NCBI GenBank assembly: GCA_934633985.1
Contig: CAKTYU010000010.1
Location: 1,185 to 65,184, forward strand
Direction: 5' to 3'
DNA: 64,000 nucleotides
Source: an uncultured Clostridia bacterium
Lineage (GTDB): Bacteria > Bacillota > Clostridia > Christensenellales > CAG-138
Shown in pieces: positions 43,927 through 53,502 of this stretch. The stretch's first letter is position 1. Each line of letters opens with the position of its first letter. Under the pieces are notes generated by a model, which did not search any database, had not been told where the DNA came from, and worked only from the letters and a program-made list of their open reading frames with translations. The position numbers and the translations under genes are program-made.

Positions 43927-44727
43927 TCAGTCGCCCATCAGGGCGAGGCCGTACTTGTCTGCGATGGCCTTTAGCGAGCCGTCGGCAAGCATATCCTCCA
44001 TGGCCTTGTTTACGCTTTCCACGAGGTTAGAGCCCTTGCGGAAGCCTATGCCGTATTCCTCATATGCAAGCTCGATGCCGTCTACTATCTGAAGGTCGGC
44101 ATAATCCGTGCCCTCGCCCACCATGGCCTTCGCCATTACGTAATCCACTACCGCCGCGTCCGCAGTGCCGGCCTTGACCTCAAGAAGCGCGTCCGCCATC
44201 TTGGATACGCCCACGTAATTGCATTCCTTGAGTTCTTCACAATCTGCTACGGCGCTCTCGCCGGAGGAGCCGGCCTCGGCAACTATGTTCGCCTTGGCAA
44301 GGGAAGCGAGGTCGGTATACTTGCCGGCGTTCTCGGCCTTTATGACCGCCACCTGCATGTTCTTGCAGTAGGGCTTGCTGAAGTCAACGCTCTCCTTAAG
44401 ATCCTCGCGTATGGTAAAGCCGTTCCATATACAGTCAATATTCTTGGCCTTAAGCTCCACCTCCTTGGCCTCCCAGTCGATTACGGTGAACTCGGGCGCG
44501 ACGCCCAGCTTTTCGCATACCGCCTCGGCAAACTCCGTGTCAAAGCCTATGAGCTTGCCGCCGTCGTCGTAATAATTCATGGGGGCGTATACGGTTATGC
44601 CTATCGTGAGCGTCCCCTTGTCCTTTACATAGCTCAGGTCGTCATCTGCCGCTTCCTTCTTCGCACAGCCGGCAAAGAGGCAGGCGGCCATCAGCATTGC
44701 CATAACGAGCGCAGCGATCTTCTTCAT
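43927..44727 (-). CDS. Amino-acid ABC transporter substrate-binding lipoprotein
   Basis: Lipobox LFAGC; family-3 SBP (GTLTIGITVYAPMNY, DCIWNGFTI). Confidence 0.9.
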   Translation of the reverse strand: MKKIAALVMAMLMAACLFAGCAKKEAADDDLSYVKDKGTLTIGITVYAPMNYYDDGGKLIGFDTEFAEAVCEKLGVAPEFTVIDWEAKEVELKAKNIDCIWNGFTIREDLKESVDFSKPYCKNMQVAVIKAENAGKYTDLASLAKANIVAEAGSSGESAVADCEELKECNYVGVSKMADALLEVKAGTADAAVVDYVMAKAMVGEGTDYADLQIVDGIELAYEEYGIGFRKGSNLVESVNKAMEDMLADGSLKAIADKYGLALMGD

Positions 44728-44909
44728 GGTTTTTCTCTCCTTTGTATATCAAAAATATTTTTTGCGTCCTCTTGCTTTAGCACTATATCACTTTAGCGCG
44801 ATAAAGTAAAGTATTATTTTTTATTTCCCCCTTATTTTTTCCGCAGGCATGGAAAAAACGCCGCAAGTGATATATAATCACTGTGTTTAAGGCTATGGAG
44901 GGAGAAGCT

Positions 44910-45782
44910 ATGGAGCAGCGCAAAAAGAACAATCTGACCGACTTACTTATGATACACGGCGCGGTGATGCTGTTCGGCCTGGCGGGCGTGATAAGCAGGG
45001 GCATAACCGCGGGCTCCATGATGATAACCTTCGGGCGGGTGTTTTTCTCGTCCATTACCCTTTATATACTTTGCAGGGCCACAAGGACCTCCATAAAGCT
45101 CAAAAGCAGGGCCGACCTTCTGTGGCTGGTGGTCACCGGGGCAGTGCTTGCGCTGCACTGGTTCAGCTTTATAGAGTCCGTTCGGGTGGCGAGCGTGGCC
45201 GTCGGCACCATAACCTTCTCCACCTTCCCCCTCTTCGTGACCTTTATAGAGCCCGTGATGTTTAAGGAAAGGCTGAGGCTTAAAAGCGTTGTGTGCGCCG
45301 TGATAATGCTCATAGGTGTGTTCGTGCTGGTGCCGCTGAACGACCTTTCCGGCTTCTCCGTGGCGGGGCTTGCGTGGGGCATGCTGTCGGCGCTGACCTA
45401 CGCCCTGCTCTCCCTGATGAACCGCCGATTTTCCGCCGTCTACCCCGGCAGCGTGGTGTGCTTTTACGAGCAGAGCGCGGCGGCCGTGGTGCTCCTCCCC
45501 TTTGTGGCCGCAATGCGCCCCGCTGTCACCGGCGCAGATATAGCGCTTATCGCCGTATTGGGCGTGTTCTGCACAGCCCTTGCGCACTCCCTCTTTGTGA
45601 GCAGCCTGCGCCGGGTAAGGGTACAGACTGCGGGCATAATCGCCGGCATGGAGTCGGTATACGGCATAATACTGGCGGCGCTGGTGCTTAAGATGCCGCC
45701 CACCGCAAGGGAGCTCATAGGCGGCGCGATAGTGCTGGGCGTTTCGCTTTACACCACCGTTTCCGAAAACAAGGGCGCTTAG
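44910..45782 (+). CDS. EamA/DMT-family transporter
   Basis: 10-TM, two EamA repeats. Start at MEQRK (GGAGGGA 6 nt upstream). Confidence 0.85.
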   Translation: MEQRKKNNLTDLLMIHGAVMLFGLAGVISRGITAGSMMITFGRVFFSSITLYILCRATRTSIKLKSRADLLWLVVTGAVLALHWFSFIESVRVASVAVGTITFSTFPLFVTFIEPVMFKERLRLKSVVCAVIMLIGVFVLVPLNDLSGFSVAGLAWGMLSALTYALLSLMNRRFSAVYPGSVVCFYEQSAAAVVLLPFVAAMRPAVTGADIALIAVLGVFCTALAHSLFVSSLRRVRVQTAGIIAGMESVYGIILAALVLKMPPTARELIGGAIVLGVSLYTTVSENKGA

Positions 45783-45903
45783 CGTCGCAGGCTTTTGTCA
45801 AATCTTTAATTTTTTTTGAATACACTGACGAAACCCGTGCCAAAGCCCTGTATATGTGTTAGTATTTGGATATATACTGACGCGGAGGAAGGCGGTACCC
45901 TTT

Positions 45904-46707
45904 ATGCACAGCAGGAATGTATTGCAAGCGGTGCTGGAAGGCATACTCATAGGCGCGGTAGGGCTTATACCCGGGGCGAGCGGCGGCATAATGGCCGTGG
46001 CTTTCGGGGTATATCAGGAGGCCTTAGACGCCATAATAAGCCTGTTTTCCGATTTTAAAAAGAGCTTCGGCTTCCTGTGGCCTTACGGCTTGGGCGTGGC
46101 CATAGGCATATTCGGCTGTGCCTTTGCGCTGGAATGGCTGTTGCAAAACTGGAATATGCCCTTTATGTATCTGCTCATAGGCATGGTGCTGGGCGGCGTC
46201 CCGTCCATCTTAAAAGGGGCCGGCAAGCCCTTTTCCGCAAAGTACGCCGTATGCGCGTTGCTGGGCGCGGTGCTTGTGGCGGCCATAGCCATACTGGACG
46301 ACAGGCTCACCGGAAGCGACCCCTGGGAGTACAACTACCTTACGGCGGCCTTGGCTGGCGGCATAATATCCATAGGAATAGTTATCCCGGGTATAAGCAC
46401 CTCCTTCATACTGATGTTCATGGGATTGTACGAGCCGCTGCTCTCCTCCCTAACGAGGCTGGAAATACCCTATCTTATCTGCGCGGGATGCAGCGCGCTC
46501 ATAGTCGGCGCGCTGTTGGTGGTATTTGTACGCAATATGTTCCGCAGGCACCCCGCCGGCGCGAACTACTGCGTGCTGGGCTTTCTCATAGGCACCACGG
46601 CGCTTATCTTCCCCGGCTTCGCGCCGTTTTTCAGGGAGCTTTTATATCTCGCCCTCGCCGCGACAGGCTTCTTCCTTACCACCCTGCTGAACAGGCGGGC
46701 CGCATGA
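45904..46707 (+). CDS. DUF368 membrane protein (PopT-type undecaprenyl-phosphate translocase family)
   Basis: GLIPGASGGIMAVAFGVY and VIPGISTSFILMFMGLYE repeats typical of DUF368. Start at MHSRN preferred; 45856 possible. Confidence 0.82.
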   Translation: MHSRNVLQAVLEGILIGAVGLIPGASGGIMAVAFGVYQEALDAIISLFSDFKKSFGFLWPYGLGVAIGIFGCAFALEWLLQNWNMPFMYLLIGMVLGGVPSILKGAGKPFSAKYAVCALLGAVLVAAIAILDDRLTGSDPWEYNYLTAALAGGIISIGIVIPGISTSFILMFMGLYEPLLSSLTRLEIPYLICAGCSALIVGALLVVFVRNMFRRHPAGANYCVLGFLIGTTALIFPGFAPFFRELLYLALAATGFFLTTLLNRRAA

Positions 46708-46755
46708 CGCTCCCGCTCGATATAAATACTTTTATCGGAGGATGATTTTACTGCA

Positions 46756-48066
46756 ATGAAAAGACGCTTGCTCTCACTTGCTCTATGCCTTGTAACGCTC
46801 CTTTCCCTAACGCCCTCTGTGGCCCACGCTGAGGTCCTGTCCGGCTTTACCAGCAAGGTGGATTACGATAATACCGATCCCAACAGGTACAGCATAGAGA
46901 TAGACCTCGTAAATCAGGTCATAACCGTATACGACCAAGGCGGCGGCATAGCTCTGCAAAGCCTATGCACCACAGGCAGCGAGAAAACCCCCACCGGCAG
47001 CGGCAGGTTCCGGCTGGGCGACCTAAAGGAGCGCTTCGGTTACTTCGTGGCCTACGGCGAATACGCCCAATATTGGACTCAGGTAGTGCGCGGTGTATAC
47101 ATACATTCCGTAATGTATAAATCCAAGAAGCTATCCTCCATGTCCAAGGCCGCCTACAACAACCTCGGCAAAAACGTCTCCCACGGCTGCGTCAGGGTGC
47201 TGCCCCACATCGCCCAGTGGATATACTACAACTGCCCCCCGGGAACGCTTTGCAGCATAGTAAAGAACAAGGCGGCGGACCCCTACCTCGTGAGCCGGCT
47301 GAAGAGCGCCATACCGGATTACGGCAGCTATCAGCAGCCCGCCGACTCCCACGCCACCCCCTCCGAGGTGCCGGCAACCGTAAGGCTCAACGATGTGCCC
47401 GTCCGCTCCGGCTTCTCCGCCAGCAGGGATAAGACCATCGCCAAGCTAAGCTACGGGGACCATGTGGAGCTTTTGCAGATAGGCGCAGAATGGTGCAAGG
47501 TACGCACCCCCGCGGGCAAGTTAGGCTATATCAAGACCGCGTACCTCGCCTGCGACCCCGACAACGTTCGTACTGCCCGGGCCTATGCCACCACGGGCAA
47601 GACCTATATCTACTCCGACGCAAGCCGCTCCTCCGAGACCCTTGCAGCTATACCCAAGGGCAGGGCGGTAAGCGTGACCCAGCAGGCCGGCAGCGGCTGG
47701 CTGTACGGCAGCTATAACGGCGTATCCGGCTATATGCGTACAAAGTACGTAAAGCTCACCGATACGCTGCTCTACCCCAACCCGGACGGCAGCTATCCCG
47801 ACGGGACCTCCGTCGCCGCCGCGCCTCAGGCGCAGCCCCAGGCAAACGCGGGCTCGGCAGCGGCCGCCGCCCCCTCCTCCGGCGCGCGCATAAAGAGCGG
47901 CATCATCGCGAACTTCCGCTCCGGCCCCGGCTCGGAGTACGGCGTCATAGCCGAGCTGGAATCCGGCACCCCCGTAAAGATACTCTCCGTATCCGGCAAC
48001 TGGTACTTCTGCGAGGCAAACGGCCTCCAGGGCTACCTGCACCCGAGCTGCATAGCTGGCTTCTAA
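46756..48066 (+). CDS. L,D-transpeptidase (YkuD) with C-terminal SH3b repeats, secreted
   Basis: Signal peptide. YkuD catalytic SHGCVRV. Three SH3-like repeats (e.g. GDHVELLQIGAEWCKVRTPAGKLGYIK). Confidence 0.88.
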   Translation: MKRRLLSLALCLVTLLSLTPSVAHAEVLSGFTSKVDYDNTDPNRYSIEIDLVNQVITVYDQGGGIALQSLCTTGSEKTPTGSGRFRLGDLKERFGYFVAYGEYAQYWTQVVRGVYIHSVMYKSKKLSSMSKAAYNNLGKNVSHGCVRVLPHIAQWIYYNCPPGTLCSIVKNKAADPYLVSRLKSAIPDYGSYQQPADSHATPSEVPATVRLNDVPVRSGFSASRDKTIAKLSYGDHVELLQIGAEWCKVRTPAGKLGYIKTAYLACDPDNVRTARAYATTGKTYIYSDASRSSETLAAIPKGRAVSVTQQAGSGWLYGSYNGVSGYMRTKYVKLTDTLLYPNPDGSYPDGTSVAAAPQAQPQANAGSAAAAAPSSGARIKSGIIANFRSGPGSEYGVIAELESGTPVKILSVSGNWYFCEANGLQGYLHPSCIAGF

Positions 48067-48081
48067 AGCTTAACCCTTTTT

Positions 48082-48108
48082 CCCCGGCGTTTTTGCCGGG
48101 GCTTTTTT
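48082..48108 (+). terminator. Intrinsic terminator
   Basis: CCCCGGC-GTTTTT-GCCGGGG followed by CTTTTTTAT. Confidence 0.7.
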
Positions 48109-48181
48109 ATTGTTTTTCGCGGCAGCCTTTTCCAGCACAGCGCTCTTAAACCAAAAGTTTTGTATTACTTTACAAAAGCCA

Positions 48182-48210
48182 TTGACTTTTATGTCGAAAG
48201 GTGTTTTAAT
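48182..48210 (+). promoter_or_regulatory. Promoter TTGACT-17-TTTAAT of the XRE-cupin/pot operon
   Basis: -35 at 48182-48187, -10 at 48205-48210. Confidence 0.5.
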
Positions 48211-48221
48211 TGTATTCGGTT

Positions 48222-48238
48222 GTTTAGGATACCTAAAC
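48222..48238. promoter_or_regulatory. Inverted repeat GTTTAGG-ATA-CCTAAAC (operator candidate)
   Basis: Perfect 7-bp arms immediately downstream of the -10. A second inverted repeat, TTTTGTA-N6-TACAAAA, lies at 48157-48176 upstream of the -35. Confidence 0.4.
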
Positions 48239-48281
48239 TTAAGGTTTATTTACGCCGCGCGTGAATAAGGAGGCGCATCAA

Positions 48282-48824
48282 ATGGTAAACATAGGCGAAA
48301 AAATCAAGCGGTACCGGCAAAAGCTCGGTCTGACGCAGGAGGAGCTGGCCTCCCGCACGGAGCTTTCCAAGGGCTTTATATCCCAGCTTGAACGGGATCT
48401 CACCTCGCCCTCCATAGCCACCCTTACCGACATACTCGAGGCGTTAGGCACCAACCTGTCGGAATTTTTCACCGAGGCCAAGCCCGAAAAGATAGTCTTT
48501 ACCTCCGAGGACATGTTCGAAAAGGAGGACGCCGAGGCCGGCTATGTGGTGCAGTGGCTTGTGCCAAACGCCCAGAAGAACTGCCTTGAGCCCATTATGA
48601 TAACCCTTGAGCCCGGCGGCTCCACCTACGAGGAAAACCCCCATGAGGGCGAGGAATTCGGCTTCGTCCTGCATGGAAGCGCCGTGCTCCACCTTGGCGA
48701 AGAAAAGTACCGGGTGCGCAAGGGCGACAGCTTCTGCTTCAAGCCCACCAGCGTACACTGGATACAAAATACCGGCAGGACCGGGGCGCAGCTTATATGG
48801 GTAGCCACCCCTCCTTCCTTCTAA
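48282..48824 (+). CDS. XRE-family HTH + cupin domain transcriptional regulator
   Basis: IGEKIKRYRQKLGLTQEELASRTELSKGFISQLERD HTH_3. C-terminal cupin (HEGEEFGFVLHG). AAGGAGG 8 nt before ATG 48282. Confidence 0.88.
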   Translation: MVNIGEKIKRYRQKLGLTQEELASRTELSKGFISQLERDLTSPSIATLTDILEALGTNLSEFFTEAKPEKIVFTSEDMFEKEDAEAGYVVQWLVPNAQKNCLEPIMITLEPGGSTYEENPHEGEEFGFVLHGSAVLHLGEEKYRVRKGDSFCFKPTSVHWIQNTGRTGAQLIWVATPPSF

Positions 48825-48847
48825 ATTATCAATCGAGGTAACCGCAA

Positions 48848-49957
48848 ATGAGCAAGCATCTGATAGACCTGAAGAACATCACCAAGACCTATGACGACAC
48901 CGACGTATTAAAGGACATAAACCTCTACATACGCGACGGCGAGTTCCTTACCCTGCTCGGCCCCTCCGGCTGCGGCAAGACCACCATGCTGCGCCTTATA
49001 GCGGGCTTTACCCTGCCCGATAACGGCCAGATACTTGTGGACGGCAGGGACATAAGCGGAGTCCCGCCCTACCGCCGCCAGGTGAACACGGTCTTTCAGA
49101 AGTACGCCCTTTTCCCTCACCTGAACGTCTTTGACAACATAGCCTTCGGCCTTAAGATACAAAAGCTGCCCAAGGACGAGATAGCGGCCCGGGTAAACGA
49201 GGTCATGGAGCTCGTGAACCTTGCGGGCTACGGCAGCAGGTACATCGACCAGCTTTCCGGCGGCCAGCAGCAGCGTGTGGCGATAGCGCGCGCGCTGGTG
49301 AACCGCCCCCGCGTGCTGCTCCTTGACGAGCCCCTGGGCGCGCTGGACCTCAAGCTCCGCAAGGGTATGCAGATAGAGCTCAAGCGCATGCAGCAGAAGC
49401 TGGGCATAACCTTTATATACGTCACCCACGATCAGGAGGAGGCCCTGACCATGAGCGACACGATAGTGGTAATGAACGAGGGCGTCATACAGCAGATAGG
49501 CACCCCCGCCGACATATACAACGAGCCCAAGAACATATTCGTGGCAAAGTTCATAGGCGAGAGCAACATAATCCCCGGCGTCATGCTTAAGGATTACAGG
49601 GTGCGCTTCCACAATATCGACTTTGAATGCGTTGACGCGGGCTTTGGCTGCAATACCCCGGTGGACGTGGTGGTCCGCCCGGAGGATATAGACATAATGC
49701 CCCTCGGCAAGACCGCTCTCAAGGGCATTATAAAGAGCGTGCTTTTCATGGGCGTACACTATGAGTTCCGGGTGGATACCGGCGATTTCGTATGGACGGT
49801 ACACTCCACCGACTACGTTGCGCCGGATACCGAAATAAGCCTCGAGATAGTCCCCGACGCCATACACATAATGCATAAGAGCCTCAAGCCCGACGAGCAG
49901 GAGCTGCTTACCGAGGACGAGATAGCAGACGCCGCGGTGGCCGCGGAGGAGGAATAG
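48848..49957 (+). CDS. potA: Spermidine/putrescine ABC transporter ATP-binding protein
   Basis: [36 protein letters not shown]-terminal TOBE-like domain. Confidence 0.92.
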   Translation: MSKHLIDLKNITKTYDDTDVLKDINLYIRDGEFLTLLGPSGCGKTTMLRLIAGFTLPDNGQILVDGRDISGVPPYRRQVNTVFQKYALFPHLNVFDNIAFGLKIQKLPKDEIAARVNEVMELVNLAGYGSRYIDQLSGGQQQRVAIARALVNRPRVLLLDEPLGALDLKLRKGMQIELKRMQQKLGITFIYVTHDQEEALTMSDTIVVMNEGVIQQIGTPADIYNEPKNIFVAKFIGESNIIPGVMLKDYRVRFHNIDFECVDAGFGCNTPVDVVVRPEDIDIMPLGKTALKGIIKSVLFMGVHYEFRVDTGDFVWTVHSTDYVAPDTEISLEIVPDAIHIMHKSLKPDEQELLTEDEIADAAVAAEEE

Positions 49958-49961
49958 CGCC

Positions 49962-50795
49962 ATGAAGCTCAAGCGTCAGGTATTTTCCTATCCGTACATA
50001 GTATGGATGCTCATATTCATACTCGCGCCCATGCTGCTCATCGTGCTGTTCGCCTTCCGCTCCGCCGATGGGCTCACCCTCGGCAACATCACCTCCGTCC
50101 TTTCAAACGGCATATACATGGAGGTGCTGGGCCGCTCGATATGGATAGCGCTAAAGGCCACGGCTATATGCCTCATACTGGGCTATCCCATAGCCTATAT
50201 ACTTTCCACCATGAACAAGCGCCATGCGGCTATACTCTACGTGCTTTTCATAGTGCCAATGTGGATGAACTTCCTGCTCAGGACATACGCCTGGCAGGTG
50301 CTACTCGACAACAACGGCGTTTTAAACACGCTTCTCAAGCTGCTCGGCCTGCCCGCACAGCAGATACTCTACACGGAGGGTGCGGTAATGCTCGGCACCG
50401 TATACAACTTCCTCCCCTTTATGGTGCTGCCCATATACTCCGTGCTGGTAAAGCTGGACCGCTCTTTAGTTGAGGCGGCGGCTGACCTCGGCGCCAACCC
50501 CATAACCTGCTTTGTCAAGGTGGTGCTTCCCCAGTCGGTACCCGGGATAATATCCGGCATAACCATGGTATTCATTCCCGCCATAACCACCTTCGCAATA
50601 TCCCGCCTGCTGGGCGGCGGCAAGTTCCTGCTCTACGGCGATCTCATAGAGAACCAGTTCATAACGCTGGGCCAGTCCGCCTGGCCCGTGGGCAGCGCGC
50701 TCAGCTTTATACTGCTTATTCTGGTGCTGCTCTCCATGGCGGTAATGCGCCGTGCGGAGCGGGATTCCGGCGATGAAGGAGGTATGCTCTGGTGA
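49962..50795 (+). CDS. potB: Spermidine/putrescine ABC transporter permease
   Basis: EAA loop LVEAAADLGANPITCFVKVVLP. Confidence 0.9.
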   Translation: MKLKRQVFSYPYIVWMLIFILAPMLLIVLFAFRSADGLTLGNITSVLSNGIYMEVLGRSIWIALKATAICLILGYPIAYILSTMNKRHAAILYVLFIVPMWMNFLLRTYAWQVLLDNNGVLNTLLKLLGLPAQQILYTEGAVMLGTVYNFLPFMVLPIYSVLVKLDRSLVEAAADLGANPITCFVKVVLPQSVPGIISGITMVFIPAITTFAISRLLGGGKFLLYGDLIENQFITLGQSAWPVGSALSFILLILVLLSMAVMRRAERDSGDEGGMLW

Positions 50796-51607
50796 AAAGG
50801 CTAAAAAACTTTTTTCGCGGCACCTACCTTGGGCTGATGCTCATATTCCTGTACGCCCCCATACTTGTGCTGATGGTGTTTTCCTTTAACGGCAGCAAGT
50901 CCATGGCGCGCTGGTCCGGCTTCTCCTTCAAGTGGTACGAGGCGCTGATGCACGACTCCACCATAATGAACGCACTGATCGTCACCCTCTCCGTCGCCGT
51001 GATATCCGCCCTCGTTGCCACCTTCATAGGCACCTTCGCCGCCATAGGCATACATTCCATGAAGAAGCGCCCGCGCTCCGCCGTGGAGAATATATCGCGC
51101 CTTCCCATGGTCAACCCCGACCTTGTAACGGGCATAAGCTTTATGATGCTCTTTGCGGCGCTGGGCATAAAGGGCAGCTATACGAGGATGCTCATAGCCC
51201 ATATCACCTTCAATATCCCATACGTGATATTCTCCGTGATGCCCAAGCTGCGCCAAAGCTCCAACCTGCTTTATGAGGCCGCGATGGATCTCGGCTGCAC
51301 CCCCATGATGGCAATACGGAAGGTGGTCATACCCGACATAATGCCCGGCATAATATCCGGCTTCGTGCTGGCCTTCACCCTTAGCCTTGACGACTTCGTG
51401 GTGAGCTGGTTCGCAACGGACGGCATACAGAACCTTTCCATCTATATCTACGGCATTGCCCGCCGCGGCATAAGCCCCAAGATAAACGCCCTCTGTACCA
51501 TAATGTTCGTGGTGGTCGTCGCCCTTTTGGTATTCATAAACCTCAAGAGCATAAACGAGGAGCGCGCCGCGGAAACACAGCGCAAAAAGCTCAGGATCAC
51601 CCGGTAA
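50792..51607 (+). CDS. potC: Spermidine/putrescine ABC transporter permease
   Basis: EAA loop LYEAAMDLGCTPMMAIRKVVIP. GTGA start/stop overlap with potB. Confidence 0.9.
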   Translation: MKRLKNFFRGTYLGLMLIFLYAPILVLMVFSFNGSKSMARWSGFSFKWYEALMHDSTIMNALIVTLSVAVISALVATFIGTFAAIGIHSMKKRPRSAVENISRLPMVNPDLVTGISFMMLFAALGIKGSYTRMLIAHITFNIPYVIFSVMPKLRQSSNLLYEAAMDLGCTPMMAIRKVVIPDIMPGIISGFVLAFTLSLDDFVVSWFATDGIQNLSIYIYGIARRGISPKINALCTIMFVVVVALLVFINLKSINEERAAETQRKKLRITR

Positions 51608-51663
51608 TTACGGCAATAAATTTTTTAAAATATTTTAAATATGCAAAGGAGATAGTACACTAA

Positions 51664-52710
51664 ATGAAAAAAATAGCCTTTCTGCTGATCATCGTCATGG
51701 CGATAAGCCTCCTCGCCGGCTGCGCGGGCAGCGCGGATACCGTAACGCTGAACGTCCTCAACTGGGGCGATTATATCGACGAAGAGCTCATCTCCCGCTT
51801 TGAGAGTGAAACCGGCATAAAGATCAACTATACCACCCTCGCCAACAACGAGGAAATGCTCGTAAAGCTCCAGCAGGAGGACTGCATTTACGACCTTTGC
51901 TTCCCCTCCGACTATATAATCGAAAAGCTCATCGGTATGGACCTGCTCCACGAGATAAACAAGGACAACATACCCAACCTGAAGAACATCGACCCCCGCT
52001 TCATGGATCTCGACTTCGATCCCGAAAACAAGTACAGCATTCCGTACATGTGGGGCACGGTGGGCATACTCTACAACACCACCATGGTAGACGATCCCGT
52101 AAATAGCTGGGATATACTCTGGAACGAGAAATACTCCGGCCAGATACTGATGTACAACAGCATACGCGATACCATAGGCGTCACGCTGATGAAGCTGGGT
52201 TACTCCATAAACACCCGAAATGAGGCCGACATCGCGGCTGCCGAGGAGGCGCTCATCGAACAGAAGCCGCTGGTTCAGGCATACCTTGGCGATGAGATCA
52301 AGGACCGCATGATAGGCGGCGGCGCTGCGCTGGCAGTGGTTTACAGCGGGGACGCTATGTGGTGCATGGACGCCGAGGACGGCAATCCCGACCTTGCATA
52401 CGCCTGCCCCGACAGCGGCACTAACCTCTGGTTCGACAACATCATAATCCCCAAGTCCAGCAAGCACACCGCTGAGGCCGAGAGGTTCATCGACTTCCTC
52501 TGCGAGCCCGAGGTAGCCGCGCAGAACGCCGAATATATCGGCTACTCCACCCCCAACAGCGCCGCCCTTGAGCTCATGGGCCCCGGCTACATCGACAACC
52601 CCACCTACAATCCCGACCCCGCCTATCTGGAAAAGTGCGATATATTCCACGATCTGGGCGACTTCATAAACGTCTACAACGACGCATGGATGAGGATAAT
52701 CTCCAAGTAA
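51664..52710 (+). CDS. potD: Spermidine/putrescine-binding lipoprotein
   Basis: Lipobox LLAGC. LNVLNWGDYI, YSIPYMWGT PotD-type signatures. Confidence 0.9.
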   Translation: MKKIAFLLIIVMAISLLAGCAGSADTVTLNVLNWGDYIDEELISRFESETGIKINYTTLANNEEMLVKLQQEDCIYDLCFPSDYIIEKLIGMDLLHEINKDNIPNLKNIDPRFMDLDFDPENKYSIPYMWGTVGILYNTTMVDDPVNSWDILWNEKYSGQILMYNSIRDTIGVTLMKLGYSINTRNEADIAAAEEALIEQKPLVQAYLGDEIKDRMIGGGAALAVVYSGDAMWCMDAEDGNPDLAYACPDSGTNLWFDNIIIPKSSKHTAEAERFIDFLCEPEVAAQNAEYIGYSTPNSAALELMGPGYIDNPTYNPDPAYLEKCDIFHDLGDFINVYNDAWMRIISK

Positions 52711-52721
52711 GCGCAAACGTT

Positions 52722-52759
52722 AAAGCCACCCTCCGTATTTGTCCGGAGGGTGGCTTTTT
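52722..52759. terminator. Bidirectional terminator (potD / PAP2 convergent)
   Basis: AGCCACCCTCCG-loop-CGGAGGGTGGCT, a 12-bp perfect stem flanked by AAA and TTTTT. Confidence 0.7.
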
Positions 52760-52774
52760 AGCTTGCCCTTATCT

Positions 52775-53440
52775 TTACCTGACGGCCGCCGCCCGGTAAA
52801 ATTCCATCAGAGACGCGGACAGCAGTATTCCGCCCGCTATGTCGGTCATCCAATGCACGCCGGATACCAGACGGCCCGCTACCGTAACAGCCATCACCGC
52901 TGAGCAGAGCAGCACCGCTATGCCGCGCAGCGCATCGGATTTTATGCGCCTTTTGAACTGCCATGCAGCGGAGGACATTATGCAGCAGGTCAGCACGGTA
53001 TGGGAGGAGGGGAAGGAGGGCTCGAGGCCCGCGCCCATGTCTACGGGACGATAGTTTACAATCACCTTTTCAAACAGCACATACGCTATCCCCATGGCTA
53101 TATAAAGCCCTGCAAGGGCGTATAGGTCCCTATCCACCCTGCTAAGGCTCCTGCGCTTTATTAGCTGCCAAAGGCCAAACAGCCCAAAGCCGCACGCCAC
53201 GGCTATGGCTGCCACGCCCAGCGCCTCGGTCACGTCGTACCATAGCATGTGTGCGCCGCCCAACAGCCCGCGAAACGCCCCGTTGAGCGTTGCAAGGCCC
53301 ACCCTCGACCCATGCGGGCCTATGGGCTGCACATCTACCGTCTTAAGCACCGCTATCAGCAGCAAGAACAGCGCCATAAACGCCGCGCCCCTTATCAGCC
53401 CCGCCTTTTTGATCTTCCTGCTTCTATTGCTCATATCCAT
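52775..53440 (-). CDS. PAP2-family phosphatase (membrane)
   Basis: PSSHT and SGVHWMTD acid-phosphatase motifs. Multi-TM. Confidence 0.85.
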   Translation of the reverse strand: MDMSNRSRKIKKAGLIRGAAFMALFLLLIAVLKTVDVQPIGPHGSRVGLATLNGAFRGLLGGAHMLWYDVTEALGVAAIAVACGFGLFGLWQLIKRRSLSRVDRDLYALAGLYIAMGIAYVLFEKVIVNYRPVDMGAGLEPSFPSSHTVLTCCIMSSAAWQFKRRIKSDALRGIAVLLCSAVMAVTVAGRLVSGVHWMTDIAGGILLSASLMEFYRAAAVR

Positions 53441-53502
53441 GGCCTCCCGTGGTCTTTTTGTCCCTAAATATCCGCTTTATCATGCTATGCCCGCTCAGGC
53501 CC

